64,000 bases of DNA from Nitrospirota bacterium (GTDB taxonomy: Bacteria; Nitrospirota; Nitrospiria; JACQBZ01), in the NCBI GenBank assembly GCA_016201865.1, contig JACQCA010000066.1, positions 14,867 through 78,866 of the forward strand, in the 5' to 3' direction. Below, one piece after another: positions 18,372 to 26,606 of the stretch. A model generated the notes under the pieces. That model saw nothing but the letters and a program-made list of their open reading frames with translations, had not been told where the DNA came from and ran no database searches. Every line of letters begins with the position of its first letter. Within the stretch, counting starts at the first letter, position 1. A program made the translations under genes and the position numbers.

Positions 18372-18755
18372 ATGATGAAAATGCGGTGGTTGGTCGGGGG
18401 TTTCCTTTCATCGATCCTCGTTGTCGGTCTTCTCCTCGCGTTCGACGTTTCAACGACTTCGAAAGCCGAGTACGGCGACATCACCCTGAATCACTACGCC
18501 GAAAAAGCCGGAATGCCTCCCGTTGTTTTCCCACATTGGTTTCATCGGATCCGATTCAAGTGCAAAGTTTGCCACCCGGCCATCTTTGAAATGAAGCAAG
18601 GATCGAATGACATCAATATGATCAAAATCATCAAGGGCGATTTCTGCGGCAAGTGTCATAATGGCCGCATCGCCTGGCCTCCCATTTACTGTGATCGGTG
18701 CCATGCCGGAAAGAGCGACATTACGATTCCGAAGGCCAGGGGGTTTGTGAAATAG
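18372..18755 (+). CDS. c7-type triheme cytochrome c (minimal form)
   Basis: Signal peptide; FPHWFH distal His pair; CKVCH, CGKCH, CDRCH; conserved Met in NDINM. Confidence 0.92.
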   Translation: MMKMRWLVGGFLSSILVVGLLLAFDVSTTSKAEYGDITLNHYAEKAGMPPVVFPHWFHRIRFKCKVCHPAIFEMKQGSNDINMIKIIKGDFCGKCHNGRIAWPPIYCDRCHAGKSDITIPKARGFVK

Positions 18756-18807
18756 ACGGACGTCACCCCGCCGGCCTCATCATCCAGAAGAAGAGGGATC
18801 ATAGACC

Positions 18808-19503
18808 ATGAAGCGCCAACATCTCGCGAGCTCTGTCGCCGTCCTCTTCTTTATCGCTGCGGCGGTGGTGTATGTTTTGACCGCCTCTTTCAGAGGGGAA
18901 ATAAGCCGTTCCAGCGCGGCGGAACCCGCTGCCAAAACGCAGGCACAAAAAAACCTTCCCTGCGATCCCTTGATGATCAGCGGCATTACAGGTGAGTGCG
19001 CTGGCACCGGCGACCCCACCGGCTTCGCGGGAGAGGCGGAAAGGGCGGGATTGGCCGACCATCCGCTGGCCTTGGAACTGTCGGACCTTCCGAAAGACCG
19101 TTATGGATTGATCGATTGGGCCATCTCGATCAAGGAGGGAAAGGTCAAGCCGCGAGAATCGCTGAATCCCGATGAGAAGCCGATGCCCCCGTTCGATCTG
19201 GATATCGCGATCTTTACCAAAAGCCAGTTTCAGCCCGACGTCATCTTTCCGCACTTTGTCCATACACTCTGGCTGACCTGCATCAACTGTCATCCGGCCA
19301 TCTTTCCTATGAACGCAAAAGAGGCCAACAAGATGATGACGATGCCCAGAATCGCATCGGGGGAGTTCTGCGGCCGATGCCATAACCGGATTGCTTTTCC
19401 TTTGAGCGACTGCCTGCGTTGCCATGTGAAACCCAAAGATACGCCCCCCATTGATCCCGATTACCAAGGAGTAGCTCAACAGCAACCCAAGGCCCCGCAA
19501 TGA
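18808..19503 (+). CDS. c7-type triheme cytochrome c with N-terminal cap
   Basis: N-terminal hydrophobic segment; FPHFVH; CINCH, CGRCH, CLRCH; extra Cys pair CDPLMISGITGEC. Confidence 0.92.
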   Translation: MKRQHLASSVAVLFFIAAAVVYVLTASFRGEISRSSAAEPAAKTQAQKNLPCDPLMISGITGECAGTGDPTGFAGEAERAGLADHPLALELSDLPKDRYGLIDWAISIKEGKVKPRESLNPDEKPMPPFDLDIAIFTKSQFQPDVIFPHFVHTLWLTCINCHPAIFPMNAKEANKMMTMPRIASGEFCGRCHNRIAFPLSDCLRCHVKPKDTPPIDPDYQGVAQQQPKAPQ

Positions 19504-19586
19504 AACTCGTTTCGTTTGACGCTATTGAGTCTTTCGCTTGAAAGACCGGGGCCTGTCATCTCAGAAGAGTCAGGAGGTTCAACGCC

Positions 19587-20948
19587 ATGAAGCGACGTGG
19601 ACTCTTTACCCGGAACCTCTTCCAAACGTTTACCGCCTTCCTCTTTGTCTGTCTGTGCGCCTTCTTGACCGCCATCGATATAAAAACTGAACCGCCCCAA
19701 TCACAAGCAGCCCTCTCGCCGTCATTTTCAGTGGATAAGAGCGGCATCGTGACGACCAGGGCATCGGGTACCGCAACGGTTACGGCGATGATGAAAGACA
19801 AAACGGTCTCGGTTCAGGTCGTGGCTCCCAAGCCCGGCCCGGCCAAGATCGAGGTGCGGCCCGAAACGGCCTCAGGCCTGGTCGGCGATGATATTCGACT
19901 GAATGCCGTGGCGGTGGATGCCAAGGGAAAAGAAAGGACCGATCTGACCGTGGATTGGAAATCGGGTAATCCGGCCGTCGCCGCCGTTAATGCCGATGGG
20001 ATCGTCTCCCTCAAGGCCGCCGGAACCGTCACGATCGTCGCGTCCGCCGAAGGCAAAACCGCCTCGGCCGTTTTGACCGTCGCGAATCCGCCGACGGCGA
20101 AGGTCGACGTTCGCCCTGCGGTCGCCGCGCTTTTCGTAGGTGAAACCAAACAATTGGAAGCCGTCGCGGTGGATGCCAAGAACGGCGAACAAAAGGACCC
20201 GGCGGCGACTTGGCAAACGGGCAGTCCCTCGATTGCCAGCGTGAGCAATAACGGTCTTGTGACGGCCAATGCCGTCGGATCGGCCGTGATCACGGCTGCC
20301 GTCGGAAGCATCACCAGCAGCCCGGTCACGGTCACGGTGAAGGCCAAGGAATCGTCGTCCCTAAAATTATTACAAGACGAACTGAGGACCAGACTTAGAG
20401 GGAAGGATCCGTCCGAGCTCATCTATCTAAGCGGCATCACGGGTGAGATTGCCGGAACCGGCGATCCGACAAAGTTCGCCGGCGACGCCGAACAGGCCGG
20501 CCTGTCGCAACATCCCCTCGCCTTGGAGCTTGCGGAACTTCCAAAGGACCGATACGGACTGATCGACTGGGCCACCGCTATTAAGACCGAAAAGGTTAAG
20601 CCGCGGTACAGTATTGACCCCAAGGCCGGAGCGGACGAAGTCCCGTTTCAGTTGGACGTCGTCGTTTTTACCAAAAGCCAATTTATGCCCGACGTCATCT
20701 TCCCGCACTTTGTCCATACGCTCTGGCTGACCTGCACCAACTGTCACCCGGCCATTTTCCCCATGAACGCAAAAGAGGCCAACCGGACAATGACGATGCC
20801 CAGAATCGCATCGGGAGAGTTTTGTGGCCGGTGTCATAACCGGGTTGCTTTTCCATTGAGTGACTGCCTGCGTTGCCATGTGAAACCTAAAGAGATGCCC
20901 CCTGTTGACCCGGATTATCAGGCCCAAAACAAGGCGAGGATGCCTTGA
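19587..20948 (+). CDS. Big_2 Ig-like repeat protein fused to a c7-type triheme cytochrome c
   Basis: One partial and two full Big_2-like repeats (WKSGNPAVAAVNADGIV, WQTGSPSIASVSNNGLVTA) followed by CTNCH, CGRCH, CLRCH. Confidence 0.9.
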   Translation: MKRRGLFTRNLFQTFTAFLFVCLCAFLTAIDIKTEPPQSQAALSPSFSVDKSGIVTTRASGTATVTAMMKDKTVSVQVVAPKPGPAKIEVRPETASGLVGDDIRLNAVAVDAKGKERTDLTVDWKSGNPAVAAVNADGIVSLKAAGTVTIVASAEGKTASAVLTVANPPTAKVDVRPAVAALFVGETKQLEAVAVDAKNGEQKDPAATWQTGSPSIASVSNNGLVTANAVGSAVITAAVGSITSSPVTVTVKAKESSSLKLLQDELRTRLRGKDPSELIYLSGITGEIAGTGDPTKFAGDAEQAGLSQHPLALELAELPKDRYGLIDWATAIKTEKVKPRYSIDPKAGADEVPFQLDVVVFTKSQFMPDVIFPHFVHTLWLTCTNCHPAIFPMNAKEANRTMTMPRIASGEFCGRCHNRVAFPLSDCLRCHVKPKEMPPVDPDYQAQNKARMP

Positions 20949-21036
20949 CGAATCCGCATGATCATCGGACGATACAACGGTTCTTGCTCATGCCGAAACC
21001 GGTCTGCTTGCTTACAAAACACCGACGAGAAGCGGA

Positions 21037-21065
21037 TTGACAAGACCATGGCCGTCCGATATAAT
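21037..21065 (+). promoter_or_regulatory. Consensus sigma-70 promoter for the cupredoxin gene and downstream genes
   Basis: TTGACA (21037-42)-N17-TATAAT (21060-65), a perfect match. Confidence 0.85.
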
Positions 21066-21101
21066 TTGTTTAAATATGTTTAGCCGCAGGAGGAGTTGGG
21101 A

Positions 21102-21461
21102 ATGAGAAAAATTGTATCGCTGTTGTTTGGAGTAACAGCCGCCTTTATCTTTCTGCCGTTGTTTTCCGTTCAGGGTGAGGAAGGAACGGCACACGAAATC
21201 ACGATCATCCGAAACGCCTTTAAACTTAACCCTCCGGAGATCACGATCAAGATCGGCGACACGATCAAGTGGACCAATACCGATGAACGCAAACACAATT
21301 TGGCCAGCATTCCGGGATCCGGTCCCACCGATGAACTAGAGATCTTCTCCGTCATGGAACCCGGCGCCGTCTATTCTCACACGTTCCAAACTCCCGGCGA
21401 GTATCCCTATTTCTGCTTCATCCACAACCAGATGACCGGAAAGATCACGGTGGCCAAATAG
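21102..21461 (+). CDS. Plastocyanin/amicyanin-like type-1 copper protein (cupredoxin)
   Basis: Signal peptide; ITIKIGDTIKWTN, KHNL (His), YPYFCFIHNQM (Cys-His-Met ligand loop); SD GGAGGAG. Confidence 0.92.
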   Translation: MRKIVSLLFGVTAAFIFLPLFSVQGEEGTAHEITIIRNAFKLNPPEITIKIGDTIKWTNTDERKHNLASIPGSGPTDELEIFSVMEPGAVYSHTFQTPGEYPYFCFIHNQMTGKITVAK

Positions 21462-21473
21462 CTTCGGCTTCCT

Positions 21474-22046
21474 ATGATGCGGCGCAAAAAGACGGGCGAA
21501 AAGGTCTGGGCTCTCGGTCTGATTTTCCTGATCGGCGGCCTTTATTTCTACGCCCAAAACGGTCTCGAAGCCCAGACCACCGAAAACCCGGCCGCGCCGG
21601 CCCAACCCTCTAAAGAAACAAAGACCGCCGGGGTCCCGCCAGCGGCTACTCCGTCGCAAGAAGAAGAGGAAGAAGAACATCCGCTGGCTTTCGACTACCT
21701 GCCCAAGACAAAACTGGGTTATGTGGACTGGGTCGCCGCCATTAAACAGGGGACCATCAAACCCCGCGACTCGCTGGAGCCCAGCAATCCGCCGGGAATG
21801 CCCCCGCTGAATTTTGACGTGATTTTTAAAGTGCCGGGCGATCTTCCCGACGTCGTTTATCCCCATTATCCTCATACCTTGTGGCTGGACTGCAGAAACT
21901 GCCATCCCAGCATCTTTTTGATGCGGGCGGGTTCAAACCCCGTCACGATGGCCAAGATTTTCAAGGGCGAGTATTGCGGCCGGTGCCACGGCGTGGTGGC
22001 CTTTCCGATCTCGGACTGCTCCCGTTGCCATTCAAGGCCAAAATAA
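21474..22046 (+). CDS. c7-type triheme cytochrome c with acidic linker
   Basis: N-terminal TM/signal; QEEEEEEHPLAF; YPHYPH; CRNCH, CGRCH, CSRCH. Confidence 0.92.
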   Translation: MMRRKKTGEKVWALGLIFLIGGLYFYAQNGLEAQTTENPAAPAQPSKETKTAGVPPAATPSQEEEEEEHPLAFDYLPKTKLGYVDWVAAIKQGTIKPRDSLEPSNPPGMPPLNFDVIFKVPGDLPDVVYPHYPHTLWLDCRNCHPSIFLMRAGSNPVTMAKIFKGEYCGRCHGVVAFPISDCSRCHSRPK

Positions 22047-22110
22047 ACGCATTGACTAATTATTTTCAATCATGATCCTAAAGCATCGTCGTGAAATACA
22101 GGGTGTTGCG

Positions 22111-23364
22111 ATGGCCAAATGGATGAGGGTTGATGGACACACTGCCCCTCGATGGGTTGCGGCCGTTGCGTTTTTTGCCCTCGTTTATGGCGGGATCATG
22201 GCCGACCGTTCTTTCTATTCTGAGATCGCCTCGGCCGCCGGCTCCGATTGGGCTGCCTTGGGGCAACCCGTGAAGGCCTTCTCGTCCGTTTGGGTGGATG
22301 TCGATGCTTCACGGCATGCCCTAAACCCATCCTTGGTATTCGTCGACACCACCCCGTTCTTGGGCTGGATCGAACTCAATACGCACGGCGTCTCGCGTGT
22401 TCATGTCCGACACTGGGACCGTTCCGAATGGGTCAAGGACGGCGGGGCCCTGAACATGGACGCGACCCATCGGGCCTCTGATCTTACCATGAGCTCAAAC
22501 GGTAAAACCCCGTATTTGGCCTGGACGGAACTGACTGCGAGAGACATCCCGCATCTCTATGTCAAACATTTGGTCGGAGATCAATGGGTCATTGACGGCG
22601 CTCGGTTGAATGTGGACCCGACGCATCGGGCCGTCAACCCGGCCCTGGCCGTGGCCGGAACGGTTCCCTATTTGGCCTGGAGCGAGCCGAGTGCGAGGGT
22701 CTTTCAACTTTATGTCAAGCATCTCTCCGATGACGGCTGGCATCTGGACGGGGTGGAGGGGTTGAATCGGTCGCCGACGCGCGACGCGATCGAGCCCGCC
22801 ATCGCGCTTCAGGGGTCGGTGCCTTTCGTTGCCTGGATCGAATTATCCGACCAGAATGTTTATCAGGCCTATGTCAAGCGCCGGGCGGGTTCCACCTGGG
22901 AAGGGTTGGGCGAAAGCCTTAATCTCGATCCGAAGAATCACGCATCGAGTCCTGCGATCACTTTTGTCGGTGAGACTCCGTACGTGGCCTGGACCGAAAT
23001 CAATGCGGAAGGCATATCCCAGATCCATGTGAAACACTGGGACAACGGCTCATGGATATCCGATGGGGGGAGCGTAAACATCGACCCCGCCCGCCACGCC
23101 TTAAGTCCTGCCCTGATAGGAGTCGGCTCGGCCGCGTACATCGCCTGGACGGAGTACGACGCCAAAGGCATTACCCAGATCCACGTCAAACATTGGTCAG
23201 AAACTCGGTGGGAATCGGACGATCCGCAGCTCAACACGATCCCGGCTACGGCCTCGTCGGCCCCTTTTCTGGCGAGTTCAGCGTCTTCTCTGTATGTGGC
23301 CTGGAGAGAGGTCTATCAGAATGGGATATCTCACATCGTTGTCAAGCGCTTGCCGGCTGAATAA
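22111..23364 (+). CDS. Exported or membrane-anchored 7-repeat beta-propeller protein
   Basis: Seven ~52-aa repeats of the form A.sP.l...g..PYvAW.E....g..qi.VKhw....W..dG..lN.dP; hydrophobic N-terminus; alternative start 22072. Confidence 0.8.
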   Translation: MAKWMRVDGHTAPRWVAAVAFFALVYGGIMADRSFYSEIASAAGSDWAALGQPVKAFSSVWVDVDASRHALNPSLVFVDTTPFLGWIELNTHGVSRVHVRHWDRSEWVKDGGALNMDATHRASDLTMSSNGKTPYLAWTELTARDIPHLYVKHLVGDQWVIDGARLNVDPTHRAVNPALAVAGTVPYLAWSEPSARVFQLYVKHLSDDGWHLDGVEGLNRSPTRDAIEPAIALQGSVPFVAWIELSDQNVYQAYVKRRAGSTWEGLGESLNLDPKNHASSPAITFVGETPYVAWTEINAEGISQIHVKHWDNGSWISDGGSVNIDPARHALSPALIGVGSAAYIAWTEYDAKGITQIHVKHWSETRWESDDPQLNTIPATASSAPFLASSASSLYVAWREVYQNGISHIVVKRLPAE

Positions 23365-23851
23365 CCTTTTCTCCGGGGGTGCCATCTTATTGATCTGTCT
23401 TACGATCAACGGCTGCGCACAACCGAAGGCGGTCAAATCCCAAATCGTTAAAAAGTCGGGGTTGGACGCGGAAGGCCGGCCGATCGCCTTGAGCGTTCTC
23501 CCCAAAACCATCGTGGGCGATATCGACTGGGTCGCCGCCCTTAAAGAAGGAATTCTCCAACCCAAGTATTCCCTGGAGGCTAACCCGTCCCCGGAAAGTC
23601 CGATTCTGAACATGGACATCGTCTTTAATATCGGTGAGGCATATCCTGTGCCCAATGTCGTCTTCCCCCATGCCCCGCACACCATGTGGCTTAGCTGCAA
23701 CGCCTGTCATCCGGCCATCTTCATCATGAGACAAGGCGCCAACCCGATCAGCATGGACCGCATCATCAAGGGGGAATACTGCGGCCGGTGCCACGGCGTA
23801 GTGGCCTTTCCGTTCACCGACTGTTTCCGTTGTCACTCCAGACCGAAATAA
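23321..23851 (+). CDS. c7-type triheme cytochrome c lipoprotein
   Basis: LLICLTINGC lipobox; FPHAPH; CNACH, CGRCH, CFRCH; exact start uncertain. Confidence 0.88.
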   Translation: MGYLTSLSSACRLNNLFSGGAILLICLTINGCAQPKAVKSQIVKKSGLDAEGRPIALSVLPKTIVGDIDWVAALKEGILQPKYSLEANPSPESPILNMDIVFNIGEAYPVPNVVFPHAPHTMWLSCNACHPAIFIMRQGANPISMDRIIKGEYCGRCHGVVAFPFTDCFRCHSRPK

Positions 23852-23858
23852 GGAGGGT

Positions 23859-24932
23859 TCATCCCGCGACGGAAAACACGATCGGATAGACGATCGTCAC
23901 ATCGCCGCCGGCGGGAGGGAACTTCCATTGCAGGACTCGCTTGACGAGCGCCTCTTCAAACGGGGTGTTCTTCATCGAACTGGAAACGACACGGCAATCG
24001 ATCACATCGCCGTTTGCGGAGATCATGAACTCGACCGTAACCGTCCCCCGGAGGGCGGGATTCTCGCGAAGGGCCTTATTGTACAGGAAACTGATCCCTC
24101 CTTTGTACGAATCGACGACTTGGGAGATGGACTCGTAACTCCTCAGGTTCTTCCCGTCCTCCGAGCCCTTGATCTGAAACGGGCTTTCCACCGCCGTGGT
24201 TTTGCGTTCCGTCAAAGACGATCCGCCCACATCCGTGTTTAGCTTCCCGATCATTTGATTGATCCCGCCGCTTCCGGTCACGGCCGACTCCCCCGCGGCT
24301 GGTTTCGACTGCTTGATTGACTTCTCCAGCTTGGCCACGATGTCGTCGATTCCCGCGGTTCCGGTCGGCGGCGCTTGGACGGCCGGTCCGGCCGACGTTC
24401 TGGGTGCCTGGCTGAGCCCTTTGATTTCTGAAAAGACCTTTTTCAGTTTTGCGTCCGGAACGCTTTCGGGCTCATTTCGTGTATCGGACTGCTTTAAAAG
24501 CCTGAGAAGACCGCTGTTCATCGCCACCTCAACGTTCTTTCTCCGTTGGGTCTCTTGTTGGGCCTGTATTTCTTCCGGAGTCGGGCCCTGCTGCTTGGCC
24601 ACCTCCTGGGGCGGTGCTGCCGACTCTTTCGCCTGTTCCGGTTTGGGTTCCTCCTTTTTAGTTTCCTTGGGTTTCTCTTCGGCCTTGGGTTTCTCTTCGG
24701 CCTTCGTCTCCTCTTTCTTCTTGACCTGCGGGGGCGGCGGGAGAGGTTTCGCCGCTTCGATGATCATCTTGGCGATACGCGGTGGGAGCCGGGTATAGTC
24801 CTGACGCTCCGGGTTTTTGACCGTGATCAGGTTCATAACAAGCGCCACGGCACCGTACAGAAGCACACAGCCCCAGGCGATTTGCCTAAAGCGTTGGTCA
24901 ATCTCATAGAATTCGACGGTAGTCGTTTTCAT
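23859..24932 (-). CDS. TonB-like energy transducer with AgmX/PglI (GltG-like) C-terminal domain
   Basis: N-terminal TM helix, Pro/Lys/Glu linker, C-terminal LYNKALRENPALRGTVTVEFMISANGDV...VLQWKFPP...TIVYPIVF; no FHA domain. Confidence 0.85.
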   Translation of the reverse strand: MKTTTVEFYEIDQRFRQIAWGCVLLYGAVALVMNLITVKNPERQDYTRLPPRIAKMIIEAAKPLPPPPQVKKKEETKAEEKPKAEEKPKETKKEEPKPEQAKESAAPPQEVAKQQGPTPEEIQAQQETQRRKNVEVAMNSGLLRLLKQSDTRNEPESVPDAKLKKVFSEIKGLSQAPRTSAGPAVQAPPTGTAGIDDIVAKLEKSIKQSKPAAGESAVTGSGGINQMIGKLNTDVGGSSLTERKTTAVESPFQIKGSEDGKNLRSYESISQVVDSYKGGISFLYNKALRENPALRGTVTVEFMISANGDVIDCRVVSSSMKNTPFEEALVKRVLQWKFPPAGGDVTIVYPIVFSVAG

Positions 24933-25432
24933 GTGGACTCTTTCTGGATCACGGCGAGATCGATCTGGCCGAACTCGGACTGGCTGCAGGTGTACATCAC
25001 TTTTTCCAGCAGCCGGAATGGAATCTGTTTATCCCCGAGGATGGTCACGCGGCCCTCAAACGGTTTCCCCGCGCTGGCGTTCGCAAAATACTTTCCCCGC
25101 TCGGCCGCGTAGTCCATCTCTTTTTTGAGGGCCGGGATCAAGAGATCCTCTTCCTTCAGGAGCGGACTGACATCGGCCACCTTTCGGCCGTCTACGATGA
25201 TGTCGGTTTGTGTGATCATCACGGTCAAGGTCGTATGCGGCGTCAACTGGGCTAACGATTCCGGAAGCTTGATTCGTTCCGCCGCAGGGATGGCCGAGGC
25301 CTCCCCCGAGAAATTGTAGAGCAGGAAGAGCACCAGGTTGGTGAACAGATCCACGAGCGACGTCAAGGTCAAAACCATGGAAGCCGCGGAGGCGTTTTTC
25401 CTTCGCTCGGAGAATCGCGATTGAACCCTCAT
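24929..25432 (-). CDS. ExbD/TolR (AglQ/S-like) protein with TM Asp
   Basis: LTLTSLVDLFTNLVLFLL TM; ILGDKQIPFRLLEKVMYTC. Confidence 0.9.
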   Translation of the reverse strand: MRVQSRFSERRKNASAASMVLTLTSLVDLFTNLVLFLLYNFSGEASAIPAAERIKLPESLAQLTPHTTLTVMITQTDIIVDGRKVADVSPLLKEEDLLIPALKKEMDYAAERGKYFANASAGKPFEGRVTILGDKQIPFRLLEKVMYTCSQSEFGQIDLAVIQKEST

Positions 25433-25929
25433 TGAACTTCTCCTAGTGAAACGTTCGGGAACAGGGAATAACTGGTTTTTTTGCCGTCCACCGTTACAAA
25501 GGTGACCCGCGTGGCGTCCATCACCTGGACTAATTGCTCATACGGAATATCCGGCTTGCTTAAGACGATCGCATTGTCGACCTTGGGAAATCGGGCCTTC
25601 AGTTGTTGAAGGAGCGACGAGAGGGCTTGCAGGTCATGCCCTTTGGGAGTTGGCTGGATGAGATCGATCACCTTATTCCCGTTGGCCACAACCAGCCCCT
25701 TCTCGGTAATCGAAATCGTCAGGATCAATTGTTCCCCCGCCGACGGCAATTTGCTCATCAAGTCGGCCGATGCCGGCGGGGGCAGATAGATTTCTAGAAC
25801 CGCCAGTCGCGTGAAGACGGCTGTGATGAGCAGGAACGGGGCCAGCACCACTAACAGGTTCATCATCGGCGTCAGATCGATATCGGTCGATTCAAGACGC
25901 CGGGTTCGTCTTCGGGACCGAAGCAACAT
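25429..25929 (-). CDS. ExbD/TolR (AglQ/S-like) protein with Asn at the TM Asp position
   Basis: DIDLTPMMNLLVVLAPFLLITAVF; PDIPYEQLVQVMDATR; SD AAAGGA before ATG 25929. Confidence 0.9.
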   Translation of the reverse strand: MLLRSRRRTRRLESTDIDLTPMMNLLVVLAPFLLITAVFTRLAVLEIYLPPPASADLMSKLPSAGEQLILTISITEKGLVVANGNKVIDLIQPTPKGHDLQALSSLLQQLKARFPKVDNAIVLSKPDIPYEQLVQVMDATRVTFVTVDGKKTSYSLFPNVSLGEVQ

Positions 25930-26590
25930 TTCCGGGTTTCCTTTCCGGGGCCGCCACCGTTTCACGGTTGGCGTAAAAATTAGTCAGCTTCGTCGAGTAC
26001 TGATCAATCGCATCAATGATCTTGGTGGTTCGGGCCTGAAGAAACGCATAGAACAGAATCAGCGGAACCGCCACGATCAAGCCGAAGGCCGTCATGTTCA
26101 GCGCGACCGATATGCCTCGGGCCAGCAGCACCGCCTTTTGAGACGGATCGGCCGCGGAGACGGCCGCAAAGGCCCCGATCACACCGACGATCGTTCCCAA
26201 CAGACCCAACAAGGTGGCGACGTTCGCCAGAATCGGCAGATAGGCTGTCCGTCGCTCCAAGGGGGGGAGAACCTCCAACATTGCCTCTTCCATTGAACGC
26301 TGGATCGGTTCACGCGAGGCCGTGGGTTTCGCCGCTTTCAGTCCTGCCAGCAGGACATGATAGATCGGCCGCGTGCTGGACTGACAAAGCTTAATGGCGT
26401 CCTCGGTCTTCTGATCCGCCAAAAAATTCTTGACCTGTTTCCAAATGGACTCCCCGTTGGCGGAAGCGCGAGTGATGTAGAGCGTCCGTTCGATCACGAT
26501 GGCCGTTCCAAGGGCCGCCACCAAGAGAACGGGGTACATGAAAAACCCGCCCTCCATAAAAAAATTCCCGATCACGTTGAATATATTCAT
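25892..26590 (-). CDS. MotA/TolQ/ExbB (AglR-like) proton channel
   Basis: GGFFMYPVLL, ANVATLLGLLGTIVGVIGAF, GISVALNMTAFGLIVAVP; SD AAGGAG before ATG 26590. Confidence 0.93.
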   Translation of the reverse strand: MNIFNVIGNFFMEGGFFMYPVLLVAALGTAIVIERTLYITRASANGESIWKQVKNFLADQKTEDAIKLCQSSTRPIYHVLLAGLKAAKPTASREPIQRSMEEAMLEVLPPLERRTAYLPILANVATLLGLLGTIVGVIGAFAAVSAADPSQKAVLLARGISVALNMTAFGLIVAVPLILFYAFLQARTTKIIDAIDQYSTKLTNFYANRETVAAPERKPGNVASVPKTNPAS

Positions 26591-26606
26591 TCCATCTCCT
26601 TTCCGC

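Noticed and set aside
19587-19620. MKRRGLF as a Tat signal on the Ig-cytochrome
   Set aside because: It does not match RRxFLK well, and c-type cytochromes are normally Sec-exported before heme attachment.
24666-24704. 18-bp direct repeat (CTTGGGTTTCTCTTCGGC x2)
   Set aside because: It encodes the KAEEKP low-complexity linker of the TonB-like protein; ordinary.
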